DNA of 64,000 bases from assembly GCA_051874735.1 (NCBI GenBank), contig JBJEGD010000031.1:34681-98680 (forward strand). Reading direction: 5' to 3'. Below the pieces are notes generated by a model. The model worked only from the letters and a program-made list of their open reading frames with translations, had not been told where the DNA came from and did not search any database. The position numbers were made by a program, and so were the translations under genes. This DNA is from Candidatus Bruticola sp. (lineage in GTDB: Bacteria > Vulcanimicrobiota > Xenobia > Xenobiales > Xenobiaceae). The stretch's first letter is position 1. Each line of letters starts with the position of its first letter. This document shows positions 1-9,972 of this stretch, piece after piece.

Positions 1-234
1 CGGCTGGCCTGGGTGCTCCGGCTGGCCTGGGTGCTCCGGCTGGCCTGGGTGCTCCGGCTGGCCTGGGTGCTCCAGCTGGCCTGGGTGCTCCAGCTGGTCT
101 AGGTGCTCCGGCTGGCCTAGGTGATCCAGTTGGTCTGGGTGCTCCGGCTGGCCTAGGTGCTCCAGTTGGTCTGGGTGCTCCGGCTGGTCTAGGTGCTCCA
201 GTTGGCCTAGGTGCTCCAGCTGGCCTGGGTGCTC
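1..234. repeat. 18-bp tandem repeat, 13 copies visible plus degenerate copies to about 306, encoding GAPRP(A/T) on the minus strand
   Basis: Unit C(G/A)G(C/T)TGG(C/T)CT(G/A)GGTGCTC read directly; it runs off the window edge. Confidence 0.95.
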
Positions 235-1684
235 CTGTTGGTTCGGGAGCCATGGCTGAACTGGGTGCTCCCGCGGGCTTAGGTGCTCCAACTGGTTCTG
301 GGGCTTCAGCTGGTATAGGAGTTTCTGCCGACCTAGGCGGAGCCGAGGGCTGGGGGGGCTGGGCTGGACTTGGCGGCGCATAATCAGGTTCGCTGCCGTA
401 ATCGTAATTTTCTTGCTGGTAGTTAATAGGCTCAGGCTGCGGATAAGGTGGCTGAGCTGATCCTCTGTTTTGAGCTGGAGGGTAGGCCCCATATCCCGGC
501 TGCGGAGCATACTCATTTCCATAGCCCGGATCTCTGCCCATTGAAGGAGGACCGTAGTTTGGAACTTGCTGAGGAGGATAATTTCTATAACCTTGTTGAG
601 GCTGCTGAGGAGGATACCCTCCATAATTGGACTGAGGAGTATATCCTTGCGATGGTTCGTGGTAAGCCTGCTGAGGATTAGAATCGTGGCGCCAGCTACG
701 CAGAGGTGAACGGTGGACTTGATTCTCCTCAGCTTCAAATTCCCGGTACGGTTGATGTTGGGGTTGAGGTTGACTTGGCATGTGCATACTAGTGCGGCCC
801 AAATCGTTGTTGCTTGCGTTATTGCGTTTAGTATTTCCAGAAAGCATCATGGCGGTGCGTCCAATCATGATGATATCGCTTTCGTTTAACACTGTAGGAA
901 TATCGCTGCGTACTATAATTTCGCGCGGCATGCCGTTGGACATGCGCCTGATGCGTGTAGCTTGACTGCTGCTGTCAGACTGAAGTATGCCGTAAGTTGA
1001 AGCTCTATCCTGCCACACCAGCAAGGCTTGTTCGGTGGGAACGGAGGTATCGTGAAGCAGTACGCCTGCACTGGCTCGTGGATCCGCGGGACCTTGTAAA
1101 CGTCCTATAACTAATACCGGTTCTTTCAGCGGGTAGCTGGCCCCCTTATCAGGTCCTTGAATGACAACCATAACAAATTTTTCATCGCTCTCCTGAGAGC
1201 TGGCATCCATCAGGTCGGCCATTCCAGCCATATTTTCCCTGTCTTGTCGGTTGTTATTTTTAGACGCGTAATCACTGAGAGCATCGTATACTCCTTGGGA
1301 AACGCCCTGGCTTTGAGGGGCCTTTACTGCGTCTCCCAATTTCCCCGTGCGCGTTTCTGCCTGCTCTAAAACAAAACCCAGCAATCCCAAATTTACTTTT
1401 TCGTTGAGATGAAGCGGATAGCCGCCAGTGACGGGCACATCATTAACTAAAGTGGAATTAGTTCGGGAGCGATGCTGCAGAACATAGCACTGTCTTTCGT
1501 AATCCCACTGAAGCAGGGCATGAACCCTAGACACAGTAGGCTCAGAAAAGAGCACCCAGCCGGGAGAACTTTCACTAGTTTCAACTGCTCTTCCTAAAGT
1601 TATTTCCGGCGAGTTAAGTAAGACAACTCTGCCCTCATCGTTGCCTTCAATTACTCTAAGCTGTAGACCAGAGCTCCAAGCCAT
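1..1684 (-). CDS. Tandem FHA-domain protein with P/G/Y/Q-rich linker and GAPRP(A/T) repeats; 3'-partial and absent from the ORF track
   Basis: Manual translation from ATG at 1684 (GAGGA SD upstream): MAWSSGLQLRVIEGNDEGRVVLLNSPEITLGR...SRVHALL...RTNSTLVN gives FHA motifs G-R, SxxH and N. A second FHA-like unit follows (VIQGPDKGASYPLKEPVLVIGR). The frame stays open to position 1. Confidence 0.85.
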   Translation of the reverse strand, partial: MAWSSGLQLRVIEGNDEGRVVLLNSPEITLGRAVETSESSPGWVLFSEPTVSRVHALLQWDYERQCYVLQHRSRTNSTLVNDVPVTGGYPLHLNEKVNLGLLGFVLEQAETRTGKLGDAVKAPQSQGVSQGVYDALSDYASKNNNRQDRENMAGMADLMDASSQESDEKFVMVVIQGPDKGASYPLKEPVLVIGRLQGPADPRASAGVLLHDTSVPTEQALLVWQDRASTYGILQSDSSSQATRIRRMSNGMPREIIVRSDIPTVLNESDIIMIGRTAMMLSGNTKRNNASNNDLGRTSMHMPSQPQPQHQPYREFEAEENQVHRSPLRSWRHDSNPQQAYHEPSQGYTPQSNYGGYPPQQPQQGYRNYPPQQVPNYGPPSMGRDPGYGNEYAPQPGYGAYPPAQNRGSAQPPYPQPEPINYQQENYDYGSEPDYAPPSPAQPPQPSAPPRSAETPIPAEAPEPVGAPKPAGAPSSAMAPEPTGAPRPAGAPRPTGAPRPAGAPRPTGAPRPAGAPRPTGSPRPAGAPRPAGAPRPAGAPRPAGAPRPAGAPRPAGAPRPA

Positions 1685-1801
1685 TAAAGTTTTCCTCTCA
1701 TTAAGAAAATACCATGTAATTAAGCTTCGCCAGTCTTTTTGGTCAAGTCTGTTGAGACGAATAGTTGAGTAAACGCGAAACCATACACTACGACTCTGCG
1801 A

Positions 1802-1828
1802 CTTCAACATCGGGGAGAAACACCCTGC
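1802..1828 (-). promoter_or_regulatory. Putative sigma-H-like promoter of the FHA gene
   Basis: Minus strand reads GCAGGG-N17-GAAG. Confidence 0.4.
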
Positions 1829-1881
1829 CTGTAACTTTCAGGATAAGCGCAGAGCTGTAAAATGCAGGGGGGAAATTTCAT

Positions 1882-1910
1882 TTGTCTAAAGTTGTCAGTA
1901 ACAGTATAAA
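1882..1910 (+). promoter_or_regulatory. Putative sigma-70 promoter for hflX
   Basis: TTGTCT-N17-TATAAA. Confidence 0.5.
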
Positions 1911-1957
1911 TTTGACATATCTGACTTAAGTTGGCATTAAGAACGAAAGTAAGAAAA

Positions 1958-3622
1958 ATGGCCGAAATAAAAGGTAATATTGCCGGATTAAAACCTAATC
2001 AAAAGAAGAATCTTTTGCGCTTGTTTCAAAAACGAGTCAGCAGAGACTGTTTAATAAGTTGGGAATTGGGACGCCAACTTACGGAAATGTCTTTGGATAT
2101 AGGCCGACAGATTGGTATTTTAATCGATCGTAAGGGCAATGTGCTGCAAGTGTTTGTAGGTGACTCTAAGTCTATTATGATTTCTGAATTAGGTCGATTT
2201 AGAGTTGGGCGCTCTCGTTTTCGTGGTGTGCGTTGGATCCACACTCACCTAAACCAAGAACCTCTCAGTCAAGACGACTTAACCGATTTAGCTTTGCTGC
2301 GTTTTGATGCTGTAGCTGCTTTGGAGACGCTTAGTAGTGGTTTGCCAGGACATATCTATGTTGCTTGGCTGCAGCCAGGTGAAAAAGAACCTTGGCATCT
2401 GGAAGAACCAGTGCCTCTCAATCTTTTTAAACTTGATTTTTATGGCTTAATAAATGTGTTAGAGCAGGAATACGCTCGCCGTATTGATTCCAGAGCCGCT
2501 GATCATAAAATACGCAAAGCGGTTTTGGTGGGAGTTACTACTAATAAGCTAGACGACTTGCAGCGTTCTATGACGGAGCTTACAGAGCTGGCTGCTTCTG
2601 CTGATATTGAGGTAGTCGATATCGTTACGCAGAAACGCCAAAAATTAGATGCTAAATTTGTTGTCGGTAGCGGTAAACTTACTGACATAATGGTGACTGC
2701 GATGCAGAAAGGAGTTGATCTTATTGTATTCGCAGGCGAACTTAGTGGTTCACAAATGCGGGCAATTTCTGAACTTTGTGAAATTGAAGTTATCGATCGC
2801 ACGCAGTTAATTTTAGATATCTTTGCTCGCCGAGCTGGTAGTAGAGATGGAAAGCTTCAGGTCGAATTAGCCCAGATGAAGTACAGCCTGCCTCGTTTAG
2901 TTTTAAAAGACGACTTTATGTCGCGCATTACGGGAGGCATTGGCGCCAAAGGTCCTGGAGAAACAAAGATTGAAGTACTGCGTCGTCGTGTGAAAGATCG
3001 CATAGCTAAATTGGAACACGAACTAGAAAAACTCTCCCAACAGCGACGTATACGACGTCAAAAACGTCAGCTTTCTCAGACTCCCATCATTAATTTGGTC
3101 GGCTACACTAACGCTGGTAAATCTACTATTCTGCGTACCCTTACTGGAGCGGAAATTCTAGTGGAAGATCGGCTGTTTGCCACTTTAGATCCAACTTCAC
3201 GCCGTTTGCGACTTCCTTCTGGCCGGCGTACCGTGCTTATTGATACGGTCGGTTTTATTCAAGATCTGCCTGAAGATTTGGCCAAAGCTTTTCGAGCTAC
3301 TTTAGAAGAGCTGCGCGACGCCGATATATTACTCCATATCGTTGATATATCAAATCCAGAGTTCGCTAACCAAATTATGGCTGTGCAGCAAATCCTTGAA
3401 GAACTAGCTTTAGATGATATTCCTCAGTTAGTTGTATTTAATAAAATTGATAAAACTGCGCCGGAAATTTTGGAAAATGTGCGCGAAATCTGGACTGATG
3501 CTGTATTCGTAAGTGCTTTAGAAAGCGGATCTCTTAAAATGATGCTTGACAAGTTGGATGAATTGATCAACTCTTGGAGCATTGGCAATATTGAGAATGG
3601 TAGCGGCCAGAAAAACGATTAG
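1958..3622 (+). CDS. hflX: GTPase HflX, long form with N-terminal extension
   Basis: G1 GYTNAGKS, LFATLDPT, DTVGF, NKID and DRTQLILDIFA motifs. ATG at 1958 preferred over TTG at 1931. Confidence 0.95.
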   Translation: MAEIKGNIAGLKPNQKKNLLRLFQKRVSRDCLISWELGRQLTEMSLDIGRQIGILIDRKGNVLQVFVGDSKSIMISELGRFRVGRSRFRGVRWIHTHLNQEPLSQDDLTDLALLRFDAVAALETLSSGLPGHIYVAWLQPGEKEPWHLEEPVPLNLFKLDFYGLINVLEQEYARRIDSRAADHKIRKAVLVGVTTNKLDDLQRSMTELTELAASADIEVVDIVTQKRQKLDAKFVVGSGKLTDIMVTAMQKGVDLIVFAGELSGSQMRAISELCEIEVIDRTQLILDIFARRAGSRDGKLQVELAQMKYSLPRLVLKDDFMSRITGGIGAKGPGETKIEVLRRRVKDRIAKLEHELEKLSQQRRIRRQKRQLSQTPIINLVGYTNAGKSTILRTLTGAEILVEDRLFATLDPTSRRLRLPSGRRTVLIDTVGFIQDLPEDLAKAFRATLEELRDADILLHIVDISNPEFANQIMAVQQILEELALDDIPQLVVFNKIDKTAPEILENVREIWTDAVFVSALESGSLKMMLDKLDELINSWSIGNIENGSGQKND

Positions 3623-3887
3623 TAATCTTGCCAGCATTGATTGTTGGATAAAAAATAACATATCAGCAAAAAAAAGCATGGCTTAAAAAGCTTGCTTTTA
3701 TTTATGATTGTTGCAATAATTGGCAGTATTATCAAAGGAAGCTTTGAAAAGATCCGGCTTAAGCATCTTTAGCTGCGGAGGCTGGAAGTGCGGAAAAATT
3801 CGGAAGCATGCTTAAAGTGTGCGCTTGGGGTTTGTGCCGCTTTTGGGGCGGTGCCGCTGCAGTTGTAAAATTCGGAGGAATTAAATT

Positions 3888-4118
3888 TTGTCATCAGACG
3901 GAGCTGATAAAGGTAAAATCGAAGTTGAAGGCGTGGTGACGGACGCCTATCGTGACGCTTGTTTTAAAGTAAAGTTGGAAAATGGCTATGAAGTTTCGGC
4001 TCACATCTCCGGTAGAATCCGTAAACACTGGATTCGTATTTTGCCAGGTGATAGGGTTACCGTTGAACTTTGCCCTTACGATTTAAACAAAGGGCGTATC
4101 GTTTACAGAGCTAAATAG
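3888..4118 (+). CDS. infA: Translation initiation factor IF-1
   Basis: [37 protein letters not shown]; GGAGGA SD before a TTG start. Confidence 0.97.
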   Translation: MSSDGADKGKIEVEGVVTDAYRDACFKVKLENGYEVSAHISGRIRKHWIRILPGDRVTVELCPYDLNKGRIVYRAK

Positions 4119-4253
4119 GTTCTTTAATTTTTGTCAGCATACAGCCTGCTTTGTAAGCTGTTAAATCAGCAGAGCGGGCTTTTTTGCGTTTTAAATTCAA
4201 ATCTTCCGCTTATTTTTGTACATTTGATTTCAATGGTTTAAGACTCTGCAGGA

Positions 4254-5039
4254 CTAGGCTGTTTGATTGTCTGTGCCGTTTTCGATACTACTTTTTGGAG
4301 TATTATCTTCTTTAGGATAAGGTAGAAACTTGCACATAAGTAAACCCAGTCCTAGCCACAACAGAGAAATAGCTAAAGAACCGTAGTAAAGCCAAGCGGG
4401 ATTATAATCTCGCCAATAATCTAAGACTGCACGTATTAGTCCAAAGGAGCATAAACTTAGGGCTGCAGCATTGATACGCCATTTGTGAGCTGTATATTTC
4501 ATTATTAAAATAGCGGCCGCGCTGTGGGCTAAGGCTAAATACAACATAGTAGGATGGCGCGGCATATCACTACCTACAACTATTCCCCAGGGCATATCCG
4601 TATATACGCCAAATTCTCCATTACAAGCTAAAAAACAGCCTAAGCGGCCTAATCCCCATCCTAGCAAAGCAGCCGGTCCCATAGCGTGGCACATTGTAGC
4701 CATAGGCAGCTTATGGATTTTTATATAGGCAATCCAAGCCAAAATAGCTCCTAGGAAGCCTCCGTAAGAGATTAACCCTCCTTCCCAAAAGGCGAATATC
4801 TGAGTAAAGCTATGTATACTTTGGTAATTTACTAAAGCAAAGAGCAAACGAGCTCCTAGAATGCCTGCTACTGTCATCCACACAGTTAAGTTATCTACAT
4901 AAATCCTTAATTTTTCAGGTAGTCTCTTAGTTGTTAATAAATAAGCTGTCAACGCACCTACGCAAAAGGCAAAGCTGTGAATATTTATAACAAAAGGACC
5001 GCCGAGGTGGATATCAGGAGGAGGGGTAAAGTGGATCAT
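4254..5039 (-). CDS. lgt: Prolipoprotein diacylglyceryl transferase
   Basis: GILGARL, WEGGLISYGG, GRLGCF and RHPTMLY motifs; multiple TM segments. Confidence 0.9.
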   Translation of the reverse strand: MIHFTPPPDIHLGGPFVINIHSFAFCVGALTAYLLTTKRLPEKLRIYVDNLTVWMTVAGILGARLLFALVNYQSIHSFTQIFAFWEGGLISYGGFLGAILAWIAYIKIHKLPMATMCHAMGPAALLGWGLGRLGCFLACNGEFGVYTDMPWGIVVGSDMPRHPTMLYLALAHSAAAILIMKYTAHKWRINAAALSLCSFGLIRAVLDYWRDYNPAWLYYGSLAISLLWLGLGLLMCKFLPYPKEDNTPKSSIENGTDNQTA

Positions 5040-5209
5040 GATAATTTTTCGTTTGTTTTTTCTTTCAGGCCAAAATATTTGTGTTGTGAGACAGCAAATT
5101 TTAACTAATTAATGTAGTTTACCTGCTGAAATAAAACGCTGAGAAATTATGCGCTATTGCTTAATAAATATATGCATCGGCGCCTTATTTTTGAGAGCGT
5201 ATTCCAGCT

Positions 5210-5236
5210 AAAGGATAGAATAATTAGGCGGCGAAA
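5210..5236 (+). promoter_or_regulatory. Putative sigma-H-like promoter of the pilT1-pilT2 operon
   Basis: AAAGGA-N17-GAAA, with GGC before the -10 element. Confidence 0.5.
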
Positions 5237-5415
5237 GCCCAGTAGTTGTTGTTTTGTGCTAGTTTTTTTTGACTAAAAGCGAAGCTGCAGAGCTTTATTC
5301 TTATGAACCGGCATCTTAAGCTGTGAACAGTTGCGGGCTGAAAACGGTGAGGCCGGGCGGTGCAGATAAAGTAAAAATATTTAAGAGAAAATGTCAGGAA
5401 AGAGGTCGTTTACAC

Positions 5416-6513
5416 GTGTCCTATTTAAAAAAATGCTTAAAAATGATGGTCGATTGTCACGCCTCAGACTTGTATTTAGTTTCTGGGGAAGCACCCGTCG
5501 CCCGTATTTATGGTTCTCTGCAACGCATGACCAGTGACTATACCCTGCCTAGCGATTTCGTCATGGAAATAGCTAGTTCGCTTTTTGATGAAGAGCAGCT
5601 TAAAACTCTTGAAAAAAACAAAAATTTGGACTTTGCCACCGAACTGGGGTCTGCTGAAGAAGGAGGTCCATGGCGTCTGCGCGGTAATGTTTACTACCAA
5701 AAGGGCGGCCTGAATATTGTGTTCCGGCTGATACCTTCTGAAGTGCCTACTCTTCAGTCTTTGGGGCTGCCTGAGAGTTTGGCTAATTTGACTAAATACC
5801 ACCAAGGGCTAATTCTCTGCACTGGACAGGCTGGCTGTGGTAAGACTGCTACAGTTGCTGCCCTCCTCGACATTATTAACAGCCGCGCTCCAGTTCATAT
5901 CATAACCATTGAAGATCCTATTGAATACGTTTTCAAGAACAAAATGGCTCTGGTCAACCAGCGCCAGGTGGGACGCGATGTCGAGAGTTTCTCTTTAGCT
6001 CTTAAAGGCGCTTTGCGTGAAGACCCAGATATTATTTTTGTGGGCGAGCTCCGCGACTTGGAGACTATTTCTTTAGCCATTACTGCTGCTGAAACGGGCC
6101 ATCTGGTGTTTGGTACTCTGCATACCAACTCTGCAGCTAAAGCTGTAGACCGTTTAATAGACGCTTTCCCGATCGACCAGCAGGCTCAGATTCGCACTAT
6201 GCTTTCCGAATCGCTGCGCGGTGTCGTCGCTCAGCAGCTGCTGCCTAAAGCCGACGGTTCCGGAAGAGTTGCCGCTGTAGAAATATTAGTCAACAACGGC
6301 AGTATCTCGAATTTGATACGCGATGGTAAAACTTATCAGATCACTATGTCGATGCAGACGGGTAAAAAAGATGGTATGTGCATTATGGACAATTCTATTA
6401 TGGATCTGTTTAAGCGCGGTCTTATCTCCAAAGATGAAGCTGAGGCCCGCTCCATAAATCGCGAACCGTACCGCCACATGTCTGCCACCGCTTATTTGGG
6501 CAATAATAATTAG
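5416..6513 (+). CDS. pilT: PilT-family type IV pilus retraction ATPase (paralog 1)
   Basis: ASDLYL, Walker A GQAGCGKT, EDPIE, Walker B DPDIIFVGELRD, His box GHLVFGTLH. GTG at 5416 follows an AGAGG SD. Confidence 0.9.
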   Translation: MSYLKKCLKMMVDCHASDLYLVSGEAPVARIYGSLQRMTSDYTLPSDFVMEIASSLFDEEQLKTLEKNKNLDFATELGSAEEGGPWRLRGNVYYQKGGLNIVFRLIPSEVPTLQSLGLPESLANLTKYHQGLILCTGQAGCGKTATVAALLDIINSRAPVHIITIEDPIEYVFKNKMALVNQRQVGRDVESFSLALKGALREDPDIIFVGELRDLETISLAITAAETGHLVFGTLHTNSAAKAVDRLIDAFPIDQQAQIRTMLSESLRGVVAQQLLPKADGSGRVAAVEILVNNGSISNLIRDGKTYQITMSMQTGKKDGMCIMDNSIMDLFKRGLISKDEAEARSINREPYRHMSATAYLGNNN

Positions 6514-6525
6514 GGGTAAACAATT

Positions 6526-7800
6526 ATGGCTTTTTTCTCAAGTTTGTCTAAAAGATTTTCTTCTGCTGTCTCCCGAGAGGAACAGGTTCAGGAAAAAAAA
6601 TATGAGTCTCCAATCGAGCCTGTTTATGAAGAGAGCTCGGCTGCTTCGTCTGTGGTATCGAGTTCTGGTGAGGTGGCTGAAGTCGCTCCAGCTACGGAAG
6701 AGACCAAAGCCCTTTCTATAGTTGAAGTTCCCGAAAATTATACTCAAGATGACCTTTTGCGTATTTTAGTGGAAAATAAGGGATCTGACCTGCATCTTTC
6801 TGTAGGTGAAGTGCCAATGTTCCGCATAAGTGGTGATTTGCACCGATCCTCTTGTGCTGTTCTTACTAATGAAAAAGCCCGCGAACTTCTTTATCCTCTG
6901 ATTAGCGGCGATCGGGTAGAAGCTTTTGAAAAATGTGGCAATCTCGATTTTGCTTATGAAATACCTAACTTAGCCCGATTTAGAGGCAACCTCTTTAAAC
7001 AGAGAAATGGCTTAGCGGCCGTTTTTCGTGAAATTCCTAGCCGCATTCCCAGCATCGATGAAATGCATCTGCCTGAAGTGCTAAAACAAATTGCCATGTT
7101 CAAGAAGGGGATAGTTCTAGTTACTGGTCCTACTGGTTCTGGTAAATCTACTACTATGGCAGCTATGCTCGATTATGTTAATAAGAATCGCAACGCGCAT
7201 ATTATCACTATCGAAGATCCTATTGAATTTTCCCATATAAATCAGAATTGTATTATTGACCACCGCGAAGTTGGAACGCATGCTAACACTTTTGCTGAGG
7301 CTTTGAGAGCTTCTTTGCGCGAAGATCCCGATATAGTGCTGGTCGGTGAGATGCGCGATTTAGACACTATTTACAACGCTATTAAAGCTGCTGAAACAGG
7401 AGCTTTGGTATTTGGCACTTTGCATACCAATTCAGCAGCAAAAACGATAGACCGCATTATCGATGTTTTCCCCGCAAAACAGCAGGATACTATAAGAGCT
7501 ATGCTAAGCGAATCACTTAAAGCTGTAGTGGCCCAGCTCTTACTGAAGAAAAAGGGAGGCGGTCGTGTTGCAGTACATGAAATTCTGATTTCCCAGTCAG
7601 GATTTTCTAATCTGATCCGTGAGGGTAAAACTTCGCAGATTAATAACTACATCCAAACTGGTAAAGATGTAGGTATGCAGACTATGGACGCCGCTCTCAT
7701 TAAATTGTTGAAAGAGGGAATTATCGATAAAGCTGTGGCTAAAGAAGTGTGTCACGATCCTAGTACTTTCCGCAGTCATGGTTTCGATTTAAGCAAATAA
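6526..7800 (+). CDS. pilT: PilT-family ATPase (paralog 2) with an acidic N-terminal extension of about 70 aa
   Basis: GSDLHL, GPTGSGKSTT, EDPIE, DPDIVLVGEMRD, GALVFGTLH, SNLIRE. Confidence 0.9.
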   Translation: MAFFSSLSKRFSSAVSREEQVQEKKYESPIEPVYEESSAASSVVSSSGEVAEVAPATEETKALSIVEVPENYTQDDLLRILVENKGSDLHLSVGEVPMFRISGDLHRSSCAVLTNEKARELLYPLISGDRVEAFEKCGNLDFAYEIPNLARFRGNLFKQRNGLAAVFREIPSRIPSIDEMHLPEVLKQIAMFKKGIVLVTGPTGSGKSTTMAAMLDYVNKNRNAHIITIEDPIEFSHINQNCIIDHREVGTHANTFAEALRASLREDPDIVLVGEMRDLDTIYNAIKAAETGALVFGTLHTNSAAKTIDRIIDVFPAKQQDTIRAMLSESLKAVVAQLLLKKKGGGRVAVHEILISQSGFSNLIREGKTSQINNYIQTGKDVGMQTMDAALIKLLKEGIIDKAVAKEVCHDPSTFRSHGFDLSK

Positions 7801-7897
7801 ACATGCCTCTAGGCTGGGAGGGGGCTTACCGATTATTTTATTTTTCAGATCGGTACCTGCGCCATGCTCAATATTAGTTCCGATTGGAAATGCTGCA

Positions 7898-8611
7898 TTG
7901 GAGGCAAGTTTGAGTCCGGGTATATCTGAAGGTTTTCTTTATTTTTTAAAATTTCCCCTTTTGGGATTAATTTGTGCTTTTGTGGGCTGCTCCCTGTGGA
8001 TTATTTATCAGGGATTGCCTGATGAAAAGCTGCATCATCCTCACAAAGGGGGTAAAACTGACGGAAGCAGCGATATTTCTAGATCTTTAACTTCAGAGGT
8101 CGTCATCCAGTCTATCTCTCATGAAGGTGGACATGCTGAAAGCTCCATAAAACACAAAACTCAAGAACCGACAGCAAGTAACTCTGTTGGCAGATTGAGG
8201 GCTTTATCGTCTGCTTCCGAGGCCGTCAGCGCAGAACGATCAGCAGCAAAAATTACTGAATCCCCTGCTTTAGATATGCATAATGCTCTTACCGATCCTG
8301 ACTTGCCTGCTGTAGGAATGCGTCGGCTTGAGGTTGTGTCTAGTCCCTGTATCAATGCTCAATTTCTGCCTTTGAAAAACAGTTTAACTTTTGGTCGTTC
8401 CAAAGAGTGTGATGTCCGTCTCGATGATACTTTTGTGTCTAGGCGTCACGCCCAATTATTGCTCGAGCCTGATGGAGATATTCTGCTACAAGATTTAAAT
8501 AGCGGCAACGGCACTTTCTGGAACGGAACTTTGTTGACTGTGTCAGTTTATTTAAAAGATGGCGATACTTTTTCTATTGGTAACAGCACTTTTCGCTACA
8601 GACAGAGTTAA
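7898..8611 (+). CDS. Membrane-anchored FHA-domain protein (FhaB-like)
   Basis: N-terminal TM helix; C-terminal FGRS...VSRRHA...DLNSGNGT FHA signature. Confidence 0.88.
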   Translation: MEASLSPGISEGFLYFLKFPLLGLICAFVGCSLWIIYQGLPDEKLHHPHKGGKTDGSSDISRSLTSEVVIQSISHEGGHAESSIKHKTQEPTASNSVGRLRALSSASEAVSAERSAAKITESPALDMHNALTDPDLPAVGMRRLEVVSSPCINAQFLPLKNSLTFGRSKECDVRLDDTFVSRRHAQLLLEPDGDILLQDLNSGNGTFWNGTLLTVSVYLKDGDTFSIGNSTFRYRQS

Positions 8612-8620
8612 AAAGACTTT

Positions 8621-9946
8621 ATGTGCAGTAATTCTTTCCGTTTAAGCGCCCTGCTGATGCTGATAGTTACCGCTATTTTAGCTTACGGCAGTTATATTCT
8701 TACTTTGCTGACGCCAAGCGGGAGCGGTCTTGATCCTGAAGAACCTGTAAAATACGCTCTGCTTATCGCTGGTTCCAGTTGGATTGCTTGGGGGATAACC
8801 GCTCTGCAAAAGAAGAAGGGAGATATTTTTTTAATCCCCAGCGCTCTTTTTTTAGTCAGCATCAGCTGGTTGGAAATTTACAGTTTGGGTTTCCGCACCA
8901 AAATTTACAGTCAGGGGCCTAGACAGGCGATTTTTATCGCTCTAGCCTTAGCATGTTTTGTGTTGCTAACGTGGTTATTTAAAAATTATCGCTTGTTTGA
9001 AGAATATAAGTACATATTTCTCTGCAGCGGTTTGGTCCTGCAGGCCTCAGTTATGATTTTTGGGGTAGAAATTAACGGAGCGCGTCTTTGGTTTTATATC
9101 GGTGGTTTCAGTCTGCAGCCGGGTGAATTCGTTAAAATATTTTTTGTTATCTTTTTTGCAGCTTATTTACGCCAATTCCGCTCCTGTATTCGCTTAGGTT
9201 TTATGTCAGACGCTGGAGTACTAGCCCGTAAAGCTTTGTTAAAATTGGGAGTGGCTATGGCGGCTGCAGAACTTATATTGGTAGCTCAGCGCGACCTAGG
9301 ATCAGCCTTACTTCTGTTCGGTATTTTTGTCGCCATGTTTTATATAGCTACCGAACGACGAGATATTATTTTTTTAACCGCTTTACTCTCATCAGGTGGA
9401 GCCTACTTCTGCTGGAAAATTTTCAGTCATGTGCAAATTCGTGTAGCTAACTGGCTTGAGCCTTTTCAGGATCTTGACAATAGTGGTTATCAAATGTGCA
9501 TGGCTCTTTTCAGTTTAAGTAATGCCGGTTTTGACGGAACTGGTTTGGGAATGGGCTGGGCTGATGTTATACCGGAAGTCAGCAACGATTTTGCTTTTGT
9601 TGCATTGACTGAAGATTTCGGTTTTATAGGTTGCGTCGCTTTTATTTTGGGGCTAATTATTTTGGTAGCTCGCTGTTTTGCCGCCGCTATAAAAACTCAA
9701 AATGAGTTTGGTTCAATTTTAGCATCAGGTTTAGCCAGTATGTTCGCTTGGCAAAGCGCGATTATTATGCTGGGTGATACAAAAATTATCCCTATGACTG
9801 GAATTACTTTGCCCTTTGTTTCTGCTGGGGGTAGTTCTATTATTTCTAGTTTTGCAGTTTTAGCTATGGTGTGGGCTGTTGGAGCTGATAGTGTGGAGGT
9901 AAATAAGAATTTAGAAAGTGGTAAAACTGACACCATTATCCAATAG
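8621..9946 (+). CDS. rodA: SEDS-family peptidoglycan polymerase (RodA/FtsW)
   Basis: NGARLW, QPGEFVK, QRDLGSA, PMTGITLPFVSAGGSS. Confidence 0.9.
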   Translation: MCSNSFRLSALLMLIVTAILAYGSYILTLLTPSGSGLDPEEPVKYALLIAGSSWIAWGITALQKKKGDIFLIPSALFLVSISWLEIYSLGFRTKIYSQGPRQAIFIALALACFVLLTWLFKNYRLFEEYKYIFLCSGLVLQASVMIFGVEINGARLWFYIGGFSLQPGEFVKIFFVIFFAAYLRQFRSCIRLGFMSDAGVLARKALLKLGVAMAAAELILVAQRDLGSALLLFGIFVAMFYIATERRDIIFLTALLSSGGAYFCWKIFSHVQIRVANWLEPFQDLDNSGYQMCMALFSLSNAGFDGTGLGMGWADVIPEVSNDFAFVALTEDFGFIGCVAFILGLIILVARCFAAAIKTQNEFGSILASGLASMFAWQSAIIMLGDTKIIPMTGITLPFVSAGGSSIISSFAVLAMVWAVGADSVEVNKNLESGKTDTIIQ

Positions 9947-9972
9947 TAAAAAATAAACTGAGGAGCTGAGTA

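Noticed and set aside
1-306. Tandem repeats as a possible CRISPR array
   Set aside because: The units are contiguous 18-mers with no spacers, and variation falls mostly at synonymous positions, so this is a coding repeat.
448-1369. Three short plus-strand ORFs from the track
   Set aside because: They are antisense shadows of the long minus-strand FHA gene.
1725-1740. GACTGGCGAA on the minus strand, resembling the start of a ZTP riboswitch
   Set aside because: The downstream GGGGAG and CGCCTGGG elements are absent, and the adjacent gene is unrelated to purine or folate metabolism.
1794-1854. Possible three-way-junction RNA (CTCTGCG...CGCAGAG with two inner hairpins)
   Set aside because: It matches no riboswitch or 6S RNA I can recognise, and it overlaps a sigma-H-like promoter candidate, so it may not be transcribed as a unit. 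Not fully excluded.
1958-2500. Long N-terminal extension of HflX as a novel fusion
   Set aside because: Long-form HflX proteins with this extra region are already known in several phyla.
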